Assembly: GCA_046538485.1 (NCBI GenBank)
Contig: JBKHIT010000003.1
Location: 32,001-96,000, forward strand
DNA from: Candidatus Brocadiia bacterium
Lineage (GTDB): Bacteria > Planctomycetota > Brocadiia > SM23-32
Direction of reading: 5' to 3'
DNA length: 64,000 nt
Shown here: positions 30,558 to 39,875 of the stretch, piece after piece
How the letters are laid out: each line of letters starts with the position of its first letter
How positions within the stretch are numbered: position 1 is the stretch's first letter
The notes under the pieces: model-generated
The model's input: the letters and a program-made list of their open reading frames with translations, nothing else
Databases searched by the model: none
Told to the model about the DNA's origin: nothing
Position numbers and translations under genes: made by a program

Positions 30558-31223
30558 ATGGGTTTGGATGTGCAGCTTGAGCCGCTGGCCAATAAAGTTC
30601 TCGACGAAACGATTGCCCGTGTCTTCAGGGAAGTTCTGCGGTTCGTGGATTACCGTCAAAAAAGTCTTTCCCAGGCAGCTGATTCCATATTCAATCAGCC
30701 TGATTCCGGGGACGATTTGGAAAATATCGAGCGAGAACTCCACATTTATTTGCGTGAATGCTGGGATGGACTCGACGGTGTGGGCAGACTGATTAATGCC
30801 TGTCTCTACCCTCGGTTTCCTGAATCGGGTCTCTTGCCGCCTGAAGAGATGACGCGGCAGTGCACATTCTACACAGTGCGGCGCGATCTTCATAATAATC
30901 AAAAAACGCGTGAGCATCCCTTGAGCAATTTGATCTGGACAGAAACCTCGCAGACGCCTGCCTCAGGCTATAAGCGTTTAAGCTACCTCTACAACATCAG
31001 TCTTTTTTTCCCTTTACCCGTTGAGCGATCAGGGCTACTGGCAGGTGTTGCCGATTTGCCAGCCCATTACCGGAGCCTCATCCGCCAGCAGAATTTGGAG
31101 GAGTGTACCGCCAAAGAGGCGGTTAATGAGATTGGAGGATGGTTGAAGGGATTTATTGCCGAATGTTATGCGGAAATAGAGAGGGAATTCGAAAGACGGC
31201 TCGATCCCAATTCGGCGGGTTAA
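30558..31223 (+). CDS. Hypothetical all-helical protein (possibly degenerate HEPN-like)
   Basis: SD GAAAGGG before ATG 30558; helical pattern including WDGLDGVGRLIN. Confidence 0.6.
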   Translation: MGLDVQLEPLANKVLDETIARVFREVLRFVDYRQKSLSQAADSIFNQPDSGDDLENIERELHIYLRECWDGLDGVGRLINACLYPRFPESGLLPPEEMTRQCTFYTVRRDLHNNQKTREHPLSNLIWTETSQTPASGYKRLSYLYNISLFFPLPVERSGLLAGVADLPAHYRSLIRQQNLEECTAKEAVNEIGGWLKGFIAECYAEIEREFERRLDPNSAG

Positions 31224-31228
31224 AAAGT

Positions 31229-31516
31229 TCAATCAATGATGGGGGGGACCCGGAAACTGCCTTTTTGGTTTTCGGGGGCGTTTCGGAGGGCCTCTTTTTG
31301 AGATAAGGAAGGACGTTGCTGATCGGGGCGATCGACATTTTTGCGTGGGGCAATATGTATAAGCGGCTCGACATTTTCTGTGTCGAGTTCGTCAAGTTTG
31401 TCGATATAACTCAATATTGAGTCGAGCTGAGCGGCAAACTGTTCCCTCTCAGTATCGGTAAGAGTCAGCCGCGATAGGTGCGCGACGTATTCTACCTGAT
31501 CTTCTGTTATAGCCAT
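31229..31516 (-). CDS. gatC: Asp/Glu-tRNA amidotransferase subunit C
   Basis: MAITEDQVEYVAHLSRL..LDELDTENVEP..ALRNAP..FRVPPII. Start at ATG 31516. Confidence 0.93.
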   Translation of the reverse strand: MAITEDQVEYVAHLSRLTLTDTEREQFAAQLDSILSYIDKLDELDTENVEPLIHIAPRKNVDRPDQQRPSLSQKEALRNAPENQKGSFRVPPIID

Positions 31517-31524
31517 CAGATCCC

Positions 31525-31758
31525 TCAGCGCGGCGGTTTTTTTACCCGACCGCTTTTGATGCATTTTGTGCAGGCATGGATGTGTTTCTTGGCGCCATCG
31601 ACCATTGCCCAAACACGTTGAATATTCGGTTTAAACTTGCGTTTCGAGCGGCCCGTTTGCTTGATACCCACGCCGCCTTCACGTTTGGCTCGGCCCCGGC
31701 TCTGGACTTTATTACCATTTCCGGGTCCTTTTCCACATATATCACATTTATGGGACAT
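31525..31758 (-). CDS. rpmB: 50S ribosomal protein L28 (Zn-binding, PVC-type insertion)
   Basis: CDICGK..GN, RGRAKREGGVG..TG, KRKFKPNIQ, CTKCIKSG. Confidence 0.95.
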   Translation of the reverse strand: MSHKCDICGKGPGNGNKVQSRGRAKREGGVGIKQTGRSKRKFKPNIQRVWAMVDGAKKHIHACTKCIKSGRVKKPPR

Positions 31759-31869
31759 AACTCAACCCCGAATTTAACAGGGAATGGGAACACAGTTAGA
31801 AAGGATTTCAGAACACATTTATAATGGCATAATCGTGGAGAGAATTCAAGTATAAGACCGCGAGCCGGG

Positions 31870-32829
31870 CTATTGATTCATTCTTTCGACCATGTAGGAG
31901 CGGGCTGCACCGATGATACCAGCATCATCACCAAGTTCCGCAAACCGGATTTTTGTTCCACGCCAGCAAGCTTCCATCGTCCGCTTTTTTGCGGTCTGGC
32001 GGATTGGTTGCATGAGCATATTCCCGGCCGCTGTAACCCCTCCGCTGAAAACAATGACCTCCGGATTCAGGATGTGCAAAATATTAGCCACGGCAGTCCC
32101 CAGGTAATACCCTGTCGTTTCCATATTTTCAAGAGCTGGTTCGTCACCTTCAACGGCGGCTTCGTAAATATCCCTGGCGGTGAGTTCGTCACGTTTTTCC
32201 CGTAAGATTGTTTCCCCTCCGTCGTCGATCGTCTCCTGCATCCTGCGAACCATGTTCGTTGCGCTGGCGAGAGCCTCGACGCACCCCCGGTTTCCGCAAC
32301 CGCAGATCGGTCCCTCTGGTTCAAGGGTCATATGACCAATTTCGCCGGCGCAATCTCTGAACCCGTGCCAGACCTTGCCGTTAAGCACGATCCCGCCTCC
32401 GATGCCGGTGCCGAGAGTAAATTGCACGAGGGAAGATGCGTTTTTGCCGGCGCCCACCCATTGTTCGCCCAGGGCAGCGGCATTGGCATCGTTTTCAAGA
32501 AAGCAAGGAAGCCCGCTTCGGTCCTCGATCATCTGTTGCAGAGGAACATTGTCCCAACCTTCGAGGTTGGGGGCGAAAATAACAATCCCTCTTTTAAGGT
32601 CAAGAGGCCCCGGGCTGCCAATGCCTGCCCCGACAATATCAGAACTTTGCTCGCTGAGTTTCTCGCGACATTGCTCGATGGTCTCGTTAATTCGGTCAGC
32701 TACTCCTTCTGGCCCCCTGTCCGCTTGGGTGGTCATCCGGCAACGTACAAGGACTTTCCCTTCTGAATTAACCACACCAGTTTTTATATTGGTTCCGCCT
32801 AAGTCTACGCCAACGACCAGCTTGTTCAT
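31870..32829 (-). CDS. ROK-family sugar kinase (glucokinase-like)
   Basis: GVDLGGTN, ENDANAAALGE, GTGIGGG, GEIGH..CGCGNRGCVE. Confidence 0.92.
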   Translation of the reverse strand: MNKLVVGVDLGGTNIKTGVVNSEGKVLVRCRMTTQADRGPEGVADRINETIEQCREKLSEQSSDIVGAGIGSPGPLDLKRGIVIFAPNLEGWDNVPLQQMIEDRSGLPCFLENDANAAALGEQWVGAGKNASSLVQFTLGTGIGGGIVLNGKVWHGFRDCAGEIGHMTLEPEGPICGCGNRGCVEALASATNMVRRMQETIDDGGETILREKRDELTARDIYEAAVEGDEPALENMETTGYYLGTAVANILHILNPEVIVFSGGVTAAGNMLMQPIRQTAKKRTMEACWRGTKIRFAELGDDAGIIGAARSYMVERMNQ

Positions 32830-33000
32830 CGATTGTTTCCTCTAAAGATATGTTGGACAATGTACGATGAGGTTATTTTATGTGGGCTTTGTGCTCATAT
32901 TCAAGTTGGAGCAAGCAAGCTTTTACAGCAAAATAACCCCGTTATTTGCTTGCGAGTGGAGCTTCGGTCGTTTAGGTTTTAATTGAAGAGATAACGACCG

Positions 33001-33864
33001 ATGAAATGCTTTTGGGATAGCCCATTTATGGAATCCAGCAATGTCTGCATTACAAATGCTGGCCTATCAAATAAAGATTTTGCAGCAGCACTTCAGAAAT
33101 ACGATCTCGATTACAAAGAATGTTCCGCCGGCGAGGTTGTTTCTGCTGCGCGACATGGCGACATTGGTGCTCTGGTCATTGGTCAGCTTACTGATGCAGA
33201 GAACAGACTCTGGCTCTGTCGTCGTCTGAAACTTGATGATGAATTTAACCACATTCCCGTGCTGGCTATTACCTCGGGGGGCCCGCCCCGGCCACCGACA
33301 GATCACGTGCGTATCGAGCCGGATGAATATGTGCCGAACATGGCTACCGAAGAGGCAGTGGCTCTTTCGGCCTATCAAGCTTTGCTTCAGGGAGAGTCGA
33401 GACGGAACCGGGGAACAAAATTCTATACTCGAGCGGTGAGCGGAAGCGACCTCAGATTATTGCCTGAAGTCGGTGTTATTATGGAAACGATGTTGGCTTT
33501 AACCTCTCTACCTGACGAAGAGAGCCGACGCCTCCGTTACGCAGTGCTCGAAATGGGCTCCAATGCCATTGAGTGGGGAAATCAGGGTGAATTGAGGCGT
33601 GGAGTGTATTTTAAGTTTTTGGTTACAAACGACCGGATTGAAGTCAAAATCAGGGATAGCGGTGGGGGGTTCGATGCTGAAGAGATGGTGGGCGAAAACA
33701 TGCCCGAACCCGAAGAACAAATGCGTATTCGGCAAGACGCCGGTATGCGTTTAGGGGGGTACGGCGTGCGCGTCTGCCAGGAATTCGTTGACGATGTAAC
33801 TTACAACGAGCGCGGTAATGAAGTGACCCTGGTGAAAGAATTGCCGGGAGCCGCCCCCGAATGA
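33001..33864 (+). CDS. Degenerate receiver-like domain fused to an RsbW/SpoIIAB-type anti-sigma HATPase
   Basis: LCRRLK..HIPVLAIT receiver remnant; C-terminal EMGSNAIEWG, DSGGGFD, GGYG, YNERGN. Confidence 0.75.
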   Translation: MKCFWDSPFMESSNVCITNAGLSNKDFAAALQKYDLDYKECSAGEVVSAARHGDIGALVIGQLTDAENRLWLCRRLKLDDEFNHIPVLAITSGGPPRPPTDHVRIEPDEYVPNMATEEAVALSAYQALLQGESRRNRGTKFYTRAVSGSDLRLLPEVGVIMETMLALTSLPDEESRRLRYAVLEMGSNAIEWGNQGELRRGVYFKFLVTNDRIEVKIRDSGGGFDAEEMVGENMPEPEEQMRIRQDAGMRLGGYGVRVCQEFVDDVTYNERGNEVTLVKELPGAAPE

Positions 33865-34793
33865 TCATTACTGTCACGCTGAATCCCGCCCTGGATAAAA
33901 CTCTCGAAGTTCCTGCATTCAAGGTAGGACAACATGCCCGTGCCACTCGAACCGGGTTGCTCCCGGCAGGAAAAGGGATCAATGTTGCCAGAGGTGTCCA
34001 GCGGCTTGGCGTTTCTTGTGTGGCAACGGGTCTGGTGGGGAAAAATGAAATGCCTCTGTTTACAGAACAACTCTCCCGAGATAAAGTCCGCGCGAATTTG
34101 TGCACTGTCGATGGTTTGACCCGCACGAATACCACAATTCTCGATCCAGAGGAAAGAACGACGACACACCTGCGAGAACAGGGCTTTCAAGTTGTTCCGG
34201 AGGACCTTCAAAAATTGAAAACCGTTCTTTCCGAAGAATTGAATCGACCGAAAGGCAGCGTTTGGATCTCTTTTTGCGGCTCGCTGCCGCCGGGTATCAG
34301 TCTTGATGAATTCGTAGAACTTATTCGCATTTGTGCGACCGATGCTTCAGTTATTGTGGATACCAGCGGCCCAGCTTTGCGGGCGTCCATTGATTCCGGC
34401 GTTGTCAACACTGTTAAACCCAACATCGCTGAATTGGGAGAGTATTTTGAGCTTGAACTTCAGCTCGAAGACGCGGTGGCAAAATGCCGGGAATTACTGT
34501 CATTAGTTCCGACCGTCTTGCTTACCGCCGGAGCGGAAGGTGCATATCTTGTGCGCGAAAGAGAGACTCTGGGGGTATCGTGCAACTTACCCGCAGACGA
34601 TGTGAAAAACACAGTCGGTACGGGCGATGCGTTTCTTGCCGGATGGTTTTCCGCGCTGGAAAGCGGATCAGAGGGGCGAGCAGCGCTTTTCCGGGCTGTG
34701 GCCGCCGGAGCCGCCGCCGCGCGTAGTGAGACAACCGTGGGATACCATTTGGCGGACATCGAAGAACTGCTGCCGGAATGCCGAGAACTATGA
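33861..34793 (+). CDS. 1-phosphofructokinase-family (PfkB) hexose kinase
   Basis: MIITVTLNPALD, GKGINVAR, GSLPPG, VDTSG, KPN..E, NTVGTGDAF; ATGA overlap with the upstream gene. Confidence 0.92.
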   Translation: MIITVTLNPALDKTLEVPAFKVGQHARATRTGLLPAGKGINVARGVQRLGVSCVATGLVGKNEMPLFTEQLSRDKVRANLCTVDGLTRTNTTILDPEERTTTHLREQGFQVVPEDLQKLKTVLSEELNRPKGSVWISFCGSLPPGISLDEFVELIRICATDASVIVDTSGPALRASIDSGVVNTVKPNIAELGEYFELELQLEDAVAKCRELLSLVPTVLLTAGAEGAYLVRERETLGVSCNLPADDVKNTVGTGDAFLAGWFSALESGSEGRAALFRAVAAGAAAARSETTVGYHLADIEELLPECREL

Positions 34794-34811
34794 CAACGGG
34801 TCGGTTCAGCT

Positions 34812-35918
34812 TCATTTAACGAGCATACCCGGCCGGGGGAGCATCTGCCCCTCCACTTCGACCTCCACCAAAGGCCAGTCGTCTGAAGGTTCCGTCAAAA
34901 GCTCGATACCGTGTTCCTCTATCAGAATGGTGTCCTCGCTTTTCGTTCCACGGATGGAGGGGTTCCATGCGAACGCCTGGGGTTTTTTAACGGCGTAGGG
35001 GGTGGTAGGGTTGACAATATATTCTCGTGGGAGGTATCCGATGGCACCGCCTTGATGGTGAAGTTCCCATTCATCTTCAAAACCGACCATTTTATATGCT
35101 TTCTGTCCGGCTGCAAAAACTTCAGAGGCAGGCCGACCGGGCCGGGTGTTCAGGATGAATTCAGCATCAACGCGACAGACCGCTTTATGCCGGGCGGCAA
35201 GATCTTCGGAGAGTTCCCCGAAATGAACGAACCGCGTCATCGCTGTCACCAGACCCTGTCTTCGTCCACACGCCACAAGCATAGCATACTGTTCGACTGG
35301 CATGTTTTTCGGTCGGGGGTGTCGCCACTGCCGTACGCGTTCATCGGCCGCGACCAGCAAAACCACAGGGGTCAACCCCTGGCGCGTGTATTCCAGCGCA
35401 AGAAGTGACGCAACTTCGGACTCGGCCATCCCGCGTTCTACGTGGCGGGCAGCGTTTTCCATCGCTTCGCTGGCGTCATGTCCCTGTTTTCGATACCGTT
35501 CGATTTCAGGTTCCAGCAACTGAAAACGCAATTGCTGGAAACCCGCAGGAGGAGACGGCAGATCGCAGGAACCATCATCAGCTACGCAACGTTCGCCGCT
35601 CAGAAGGCCGTCGACGATGTGATCCCTCTGGTCGGGTTCATGCCACGGGAAAATGGCCGTGTCCAATTCTATCCCGGCCAATTCTTCGGTCAGAAGCCGT
35701 TCTGTTTCAATATTATTCGCCACCAGGGTGACATTCTCGGGCGTTACGACGAAAGTCCCCACGCCGGTTTCCTGGGCGGAATTGACGACGTTGTTCGCTC
35801 CACATCCGAGCCAGGCGAAAGAATCCGTGCGCCCCATCACAATCCCGTCGAGATTGTTCTCCGAAATGAAACGGCGTACTCTTTCGCATTTCAGACCGAA
35901 TTCTTCAGCAGAATCCAT
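34812..35918 (-). CDS. M24-family (Xaa-Pro peptidase/creatinase-like) protein
   Basis: RHP, WELHHQGG..GY.PRE, AWNPSI, KSEDT. SD GGGAGG before ATG 35918. Confidence 0.8.
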   Translation of the reverse strand: MDSAEEFGLKCERVRRFISENNLDGIVMGRTDSFAWLGCGANNVVNSAQETGVGTFVVTPENVTLVANNIETERLLTEELAGIELDTAIFPWHEPDQRDHIVDGLLSGERCVADDGSCDLPSPPAGFQQLRFQLLEPEIERYRKQGHDASEAMENAARHVERGMAESEVASLLALEYTRQGLTPVVLLVAADERVRQWRHPRPKNMPVEQYAMLVACGRRQGLVTAMTRFVHFGELSEDLAARHKAVCRVDAEFILNTRPGRPASEVFAAGQKAYKMVGFEDEWELHHQGGAIGYLPREYIVNPTTPYAVKKPQAFAWNPSIRGTKSEDTILIEEHGIELLTEPSDDWPLVEVEVEGQMLPRPGMLVK

Positions 35919-36062
35919 CGTTTCCTCCCGACTGCATTCAGGTAGATTCAGGTAACACATTAACTATAACGGATATCCGTCTGCGTTTCTGCCGGAAGCA
36001 GGTATACCGGTGGTTTCTCATCTTCGCCGGATTGGAATGAACCACCAGAACGGAACCGGAGT

Positions 36063-37031
36063 CTATGACTGGCTGTTATAGTCAGCAATCCTGAGGAGCC
36101 ACGTCAGGTTTTTCAGGGCTTCGGCACCGTCGATAACTGCCGTTCCGGTCAAAAACTCACGGATCAGAAGCCGGAGGGGATCGGGATATTGAAATATGCC
36201 CCAATCAGTTTCAATTTCCGCACAGTAAATACCGTTTTCATTTTTTCCCCCACCGATGTCATAAGTATGCCCGTTGAGTTCGAAGCGTCTTATATGGCTT
36301 GTTTCTTTCTCAGGAAGTGTGCGATTGGTTACGATTTCGCACTCAACCTGCGTCCCATTACTCGCGTCTACTGTGAAAGAGGCTTTGGCTCCATAGCCGG
36401 AAAAAGAAGTTTCAAGTGACCGAAAATTGATCGTGGCGCCGGGGACGGTTGCCTGAAGACCAGCGAGCATGTGTGGAGCCAGGTCCATCCAGCTTTCCAC
36501 AGGGTTTGGGGCGCGGTCCCTGACGGGCGATGCAAGCTGTCCGCGAAATTTTTTAACCTCCGCGTCGTCCGTATTTTGTCCCAACAGTTCCTGGCATTTC
36601 CTCGCCGACACATGATACTGCGAACACATACCGAGTCGGACGCCGGCAGTGTCCGCGGCCGAAACGAGACTTTTTGCCTTATCAAGTATTTCTTCGCTTT
36701 CCGATTTCTCGTCATATACAAACGGTTTTTCGCAAAGTGTATCTTTCAATTCACCAATTGCCGTCAGAACGTGCTCAAAATGGCAATCCGGCGGCGTACA
36801 CACATCGACAATATCCGGATGTTCGCGTTCCAGAAGTTCCGCCAGATCCGTGTAGCCCGGACCTTCGTATCCGAAAAGATCTGAGAGCACGTCTTGTGTG
36901 TCGGCAACCGATTCAGAGCTCGTTCCGACAAAACCGCAGACGCGCGCTCCTTCGAAATCCCACCATTTGGCGTGATGTTTGCCGATTCCACTCGCTCCAA
37001 CCACCGCTACACTCTTTTGTTCTTGATCCAT
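36063..37031 (-). CDS. Gfo/Idh/MocA-family oxidoreductase
   Basis: VVGASGIGKHH, DIVDVCTPPDCH, LCEKP, DLAPH. Start set at ATG 37031. Confidence 0.85.
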   Translation of the reverse strand: MDQEQKSVAVVGASGIGKHHAKWWDFEGARVCGFVGTSSESVADTQDVLSDLFGYEGPGYTDLAELLEREHPDIVDVCTPPDCHFEHVLTAIGELKDTLCEKPFVYDEKSESEEILDKAKSLVSAADTAGVRLGMCSQYHVSARKCQELLGQNTDDAEVKKFRGQLASPVRDRAPNPVESWMDLAPHMLAGLQATVPGATINFRSLETSFSGYGAKASFTVDASNGTQVECEIVTNRTLPEKETSHIRRFELNGHTYDIGGGKNENGIYCAEIETDWGIFQYPDPLRLLIREFLTGTAVIDGAEALKNLTWLLRIADYNSQS

Positions 37032-37160
37032 GCTGTTTCTTTTCGTTGATCTACAGAAGGTTGTTGTCCGTGTGAAAACAGTTCTGCCGACAATTATATC
37101 ATCAGTTTTGTATATTGGAAAGAAAGGCCGGAAAAGCGGTCTTTTCAGCCCATCGGTTTG

Positions 37161-37193
37161 GGCTCTGTCTGAAAATCCGGATCTGAACTCGAG
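37161..37193 (+). mobile_element. Isolated left end of the MITE found intact at 39635-39796
   Basis: ggctctgtctgaaaatccggatctgaactcgag versus ggctctgtctgaaaatacggatctggattcgag at 39635. Confidence 0.75.
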
Positions 37194-37205
37194 TCTCAAT
37201 GGCCG

Positions 37206-37250
37206 TGAGCGGACTGGACTTCAGCCGAGGCTGGAGTTCAGAACGCGGAC
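37206..37250 (-). repeat. Dispersed short repeat family A, copy 2
   Basis: Reverse complement reads gtccgcgttctgaactccagcctcggctgaagtccagtccgctca. Confidence 0.85.
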
Positions 37251-37348
37251 CGGATCGATGCAACGACAAGCTCGCAGTCAAGATGCCTGCGCTACTGTAA
37301 CCACATTCCCTCGCTGTGCCCGGCTACGAGACCCTGGCGTCTTCTGTA

Positions 37349-37558
37349 TCACAGACATCGTATGCCTTCAGAGTGCGTTACACTCACCCATTCAGGTCCA
37401 AATGTCATTGCGAGGCGTTCCGCATAGCGGGACGCCGCGGCAATCTCGCTGTTGGGCCAACAAAACGACGAGATTGCTTCGCCCATCTTACGATGGGCTC
37501 GCGATGACTCATGAAGCGGTATCTCCGGGCTCAGCACGTAATCCTGCCTGTCAACGGT
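37349..37558 (+). repeat. Dispersed palindromic repeat family B (REP/MITE-like), copy 1
   Basis: Core gtcattgcgag(37404)...gcaatctcg/cgagattgc...cccatc-ttac-gatggg...ctcgcgatgac(37508); homologous to 42892-43031 (-) and 54918-55135 (+). Confidence 0.85.
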
Positions 37559-37873
37559 CTGGCTGCGAGGAGAGAAAGGTTCTTGTTGGCGGACCTTGCT
37601 TCCCCAGCACTTCTGCGGGATTTGCCCGTCTCAAGTCCAGTTTCGCCCGCCATTGGCGGGCTCAGCTGAACTCGAGTCTGCAGGATAGACGCGCGGCGCG
37701 ATGGGGAACAGGCAGCATGATTTTCGGGAAATGTCCGGCTACCAGCACCCGCACGGCCCACAGCGCAAATTCCTTTTTCACCTGAGAGCAGTGGACCTTT
37801 GAGGCCCTTTCATGTATGGTGCATCCGAAGTTCGGTTTGCTGATAAGCTTTGTGCAGATGGGGAATCTGAGAT

Positions 37874-39244
37874 ATGACTTGCGAACTTCCCAACATCCTG
37901 CTGATCACCACTCATGATCTGGGAACGTACCTGGGTTGTTACGGATGGGACCCGGTTTTGCGGACACCTAACCTTGATCGCGTGGCCCGGGAAGGCGTGC
38001 GATTCGAGAACCAGTTTTGCACCGCTCCTTACTGTAGTCCAAGCCGCGGGGGGATCATGACGGGCAAGTATCCCCACAAAAACGGGCTGATGGGCCTTGT
38101 TAATCTGGGTTGGGATATGCCTTTGGGTAATGAGCTGTTGCCCGGCTTGTTGGGGGAGGGCGGCTACGAAACGTTTTTGTTTGGGTTCCAGCACATTGCC
38201 AGCGATGCTTCCGGAATCGGATATGATTGCGTGAGTGAAAGAGGAAACTATGGATGCGACGCCGTCGCGCCACTGGCGGCCCAGTTTCTCAAAAAGAGAT
38301 CTGGCTCAGCGAAAAAACCCTTCTATGCAAAAGTTGGTTTTTCAGAAGTGCATCGACCATACCGCGTTTCGCGCGCACCCGAAGTCGATGAAGGAACGAT
38401 CCGGCCACTGCCGTTCCTGGAAGATACCCCGGGCTTGCGAAAAGATATGGCCATGTTCTACGGGGTGATTCAGAGAATGGACCGGGCCGTGGGGCATGTT
38501 CTAAAGGCACTCGAGTCCTCCGGCTTCGCTGAGAACACCCTCGTTATTTTTACCACCGACCATGGGTTTGCATTCCCCCGGGCCAAAGCAACCCTCTACG
38601 ATCCCGGTATCCGGACCGCATTGCTTATGCAATGGCCAGGGGGGATTGCGGAAGGGCAGGTCGCCGATGAACTGATCAGCAACGTTGATCTTCTCCCAAC
38701 TTTGCTTGAGATTACGGGAGTGCCCGTCCCACCGGAAGTCGACGGACGCTCTTTCTGGCCGCTGCTGCAGGGGGAGATGTACGAACCTCGCGAGGCAATG
38801 TTCGCGGAGAAAAACACCTCGCCGAACGACATCAAACGTTGTGTGCGCATGCCGCGATACAAATATATCCGCAACTACAACACCGGTCCGCGGCTCGAAT
38901 TGCCCACCGATATCGAGGTGACGGCTACGCGGGGTGATATGGGTGAAGAACATCTCAAACCCCGTCCGCAGGTGGAACTTTACGATTTTGAGACCGATCC
39001 GTGGGAGAAAAACAATCTCGCGGGCCAGGACGATTACGGCTCTATCGAGGAGCAAATGCGGAGAAGACTCCAAACTGTTCTCGAAGAAACAAACGATCCG
39101 ATTTTGACGGGTGATATTTCGCGCCCGGCCGGGGAGGCACAGCGTTTCGAAGAGGTCTGGAGTGAAGAAGCGATGCAAGGACGGCAGGAACGAGAGAACT
39201 CAATCATCCGGGAATACGAAGAGTTGAAGTCAGACCAGTCATAA
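37874..39244 (+). CDS. Formylglycine-dependent sulfatase (sulfamidase-like)
   Basis: PNILLITTHDLG, CSPSR, TGKYP, FTTDHG, KATLYDPG, ELYDFETDPWE; no signal peptide. Confidence 0.93.
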   Translation: MTCELPNILLITTHDLGTYLGCYGWDPVLRTPNLDRVAREGVRFENQFCTAPYCSPSRGGIMTGKYPHKNGLMGLVNLGWDMPLGNELLPGLLGEGGYETFLFGFQHIASDASGIGYDCVSERGNYGCDAVAPLAAQFLKKRSGSAKKPFYAKVGFSEVHRPYRVSRAPEVDEGTIRPLPFLEDTPGLRKDMAMFYGVIQRMDRAVGHVLKALESSGFAENTLVIFTTDHGFAFPRAKATLYDPGIRTALLMQWPGGIAEGQVADELISNVDLLPTLLEITGVPVPPEVDGRSFWPLLQGEMYEPREAMFAEKNTSPNDIKRCVRMPRYKYIRNYNTGPRLELPTDIEVTATRGDMGEEHLKPRPQVELYDFETDPWEKNNLAGQDDYGSIEEQMRRRLQTVLEETNDPILTGDISRPAGEAQRFEEVWSEEAMQGRQERENSIIREYEELKSDQS

Positions 39245-39264
39245 TAGCGTGGGAGAAGAATCGT

Positions 39265-39368
39265 ATGATCGGAGCAATCGCCGGAGACATCGTCGGTTCC
39301 GTTTATGAAGCCCGTCCGATTTGCGCGAAATTATGGATGAATTCCGCCTCCAATATTGCAAGGGGTAG
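39265..39368 (+). pseudogene. ADP-ribosylglycohydrolase remnant with large internal deletion
   Basis: SD + MIGAIAGDIVGSVYE (family N-terminus) joined out of frame to DLREIMDEFRLQYCKG-stop (resembles the family C-terminus). Confidence 0.7.
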
Positions 39369-39634
39369 TGGGGAGTGCTTATCAATCGTTCAAAAAGAGC
39401 CGCGGCGAGCTGGCAACCGCCGCAAACGCCTCAATCAGCTCCTGGTTTCTGGTCATTAACTGCGTGTCCGTTTTAATCGCAAGCGCTGCGAAGTAGCAGT
39501 CATACGCCGAGCAACCTGTGCTGTCGCCAGACGCAGGATCTCCGACGAAAAATCTCCTGTAGCGGTGTTTCTACCCCGGATATTTCAAGCGTCCTCAGCG
39601 CTGTAGCTGTGCCGTTGGTACCAACGGACCACTA

Positions 39635-39796
39635 GGCTCTGTCTGAAAATACGGATCTGGATTCGAGCGGCTGCATTTGCGGCTGGCTTTGTCCGCCTGT
39701 ATCGGCTTATCTCCACTGGATAGGCCTGCTTGGGCGTCCGCGCCATCCGCAAATTCGCTCGCTCTCGGTCCGACGACCGGATTCTCAGACAGAGCC
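39635..39796. mobile_element. 162-bp MITE with 20-bp terminal inverted repeats, flanked by TA
   Basis: TA|GGCTCTGTCTGAAAATACGG ... CCGGATTCTCAGACAGAGCC|TA (18/20 inverted match); no ORF inside. Confidence 0.85.
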
Positions 39797-39875
39797 TAAC
39801 TGGAGAGGGGAAAATAGCCGTTTCGCCGATGCTGTAACGCGGTTTAACGAATATTTACAGATATCGTTTCAGGGA

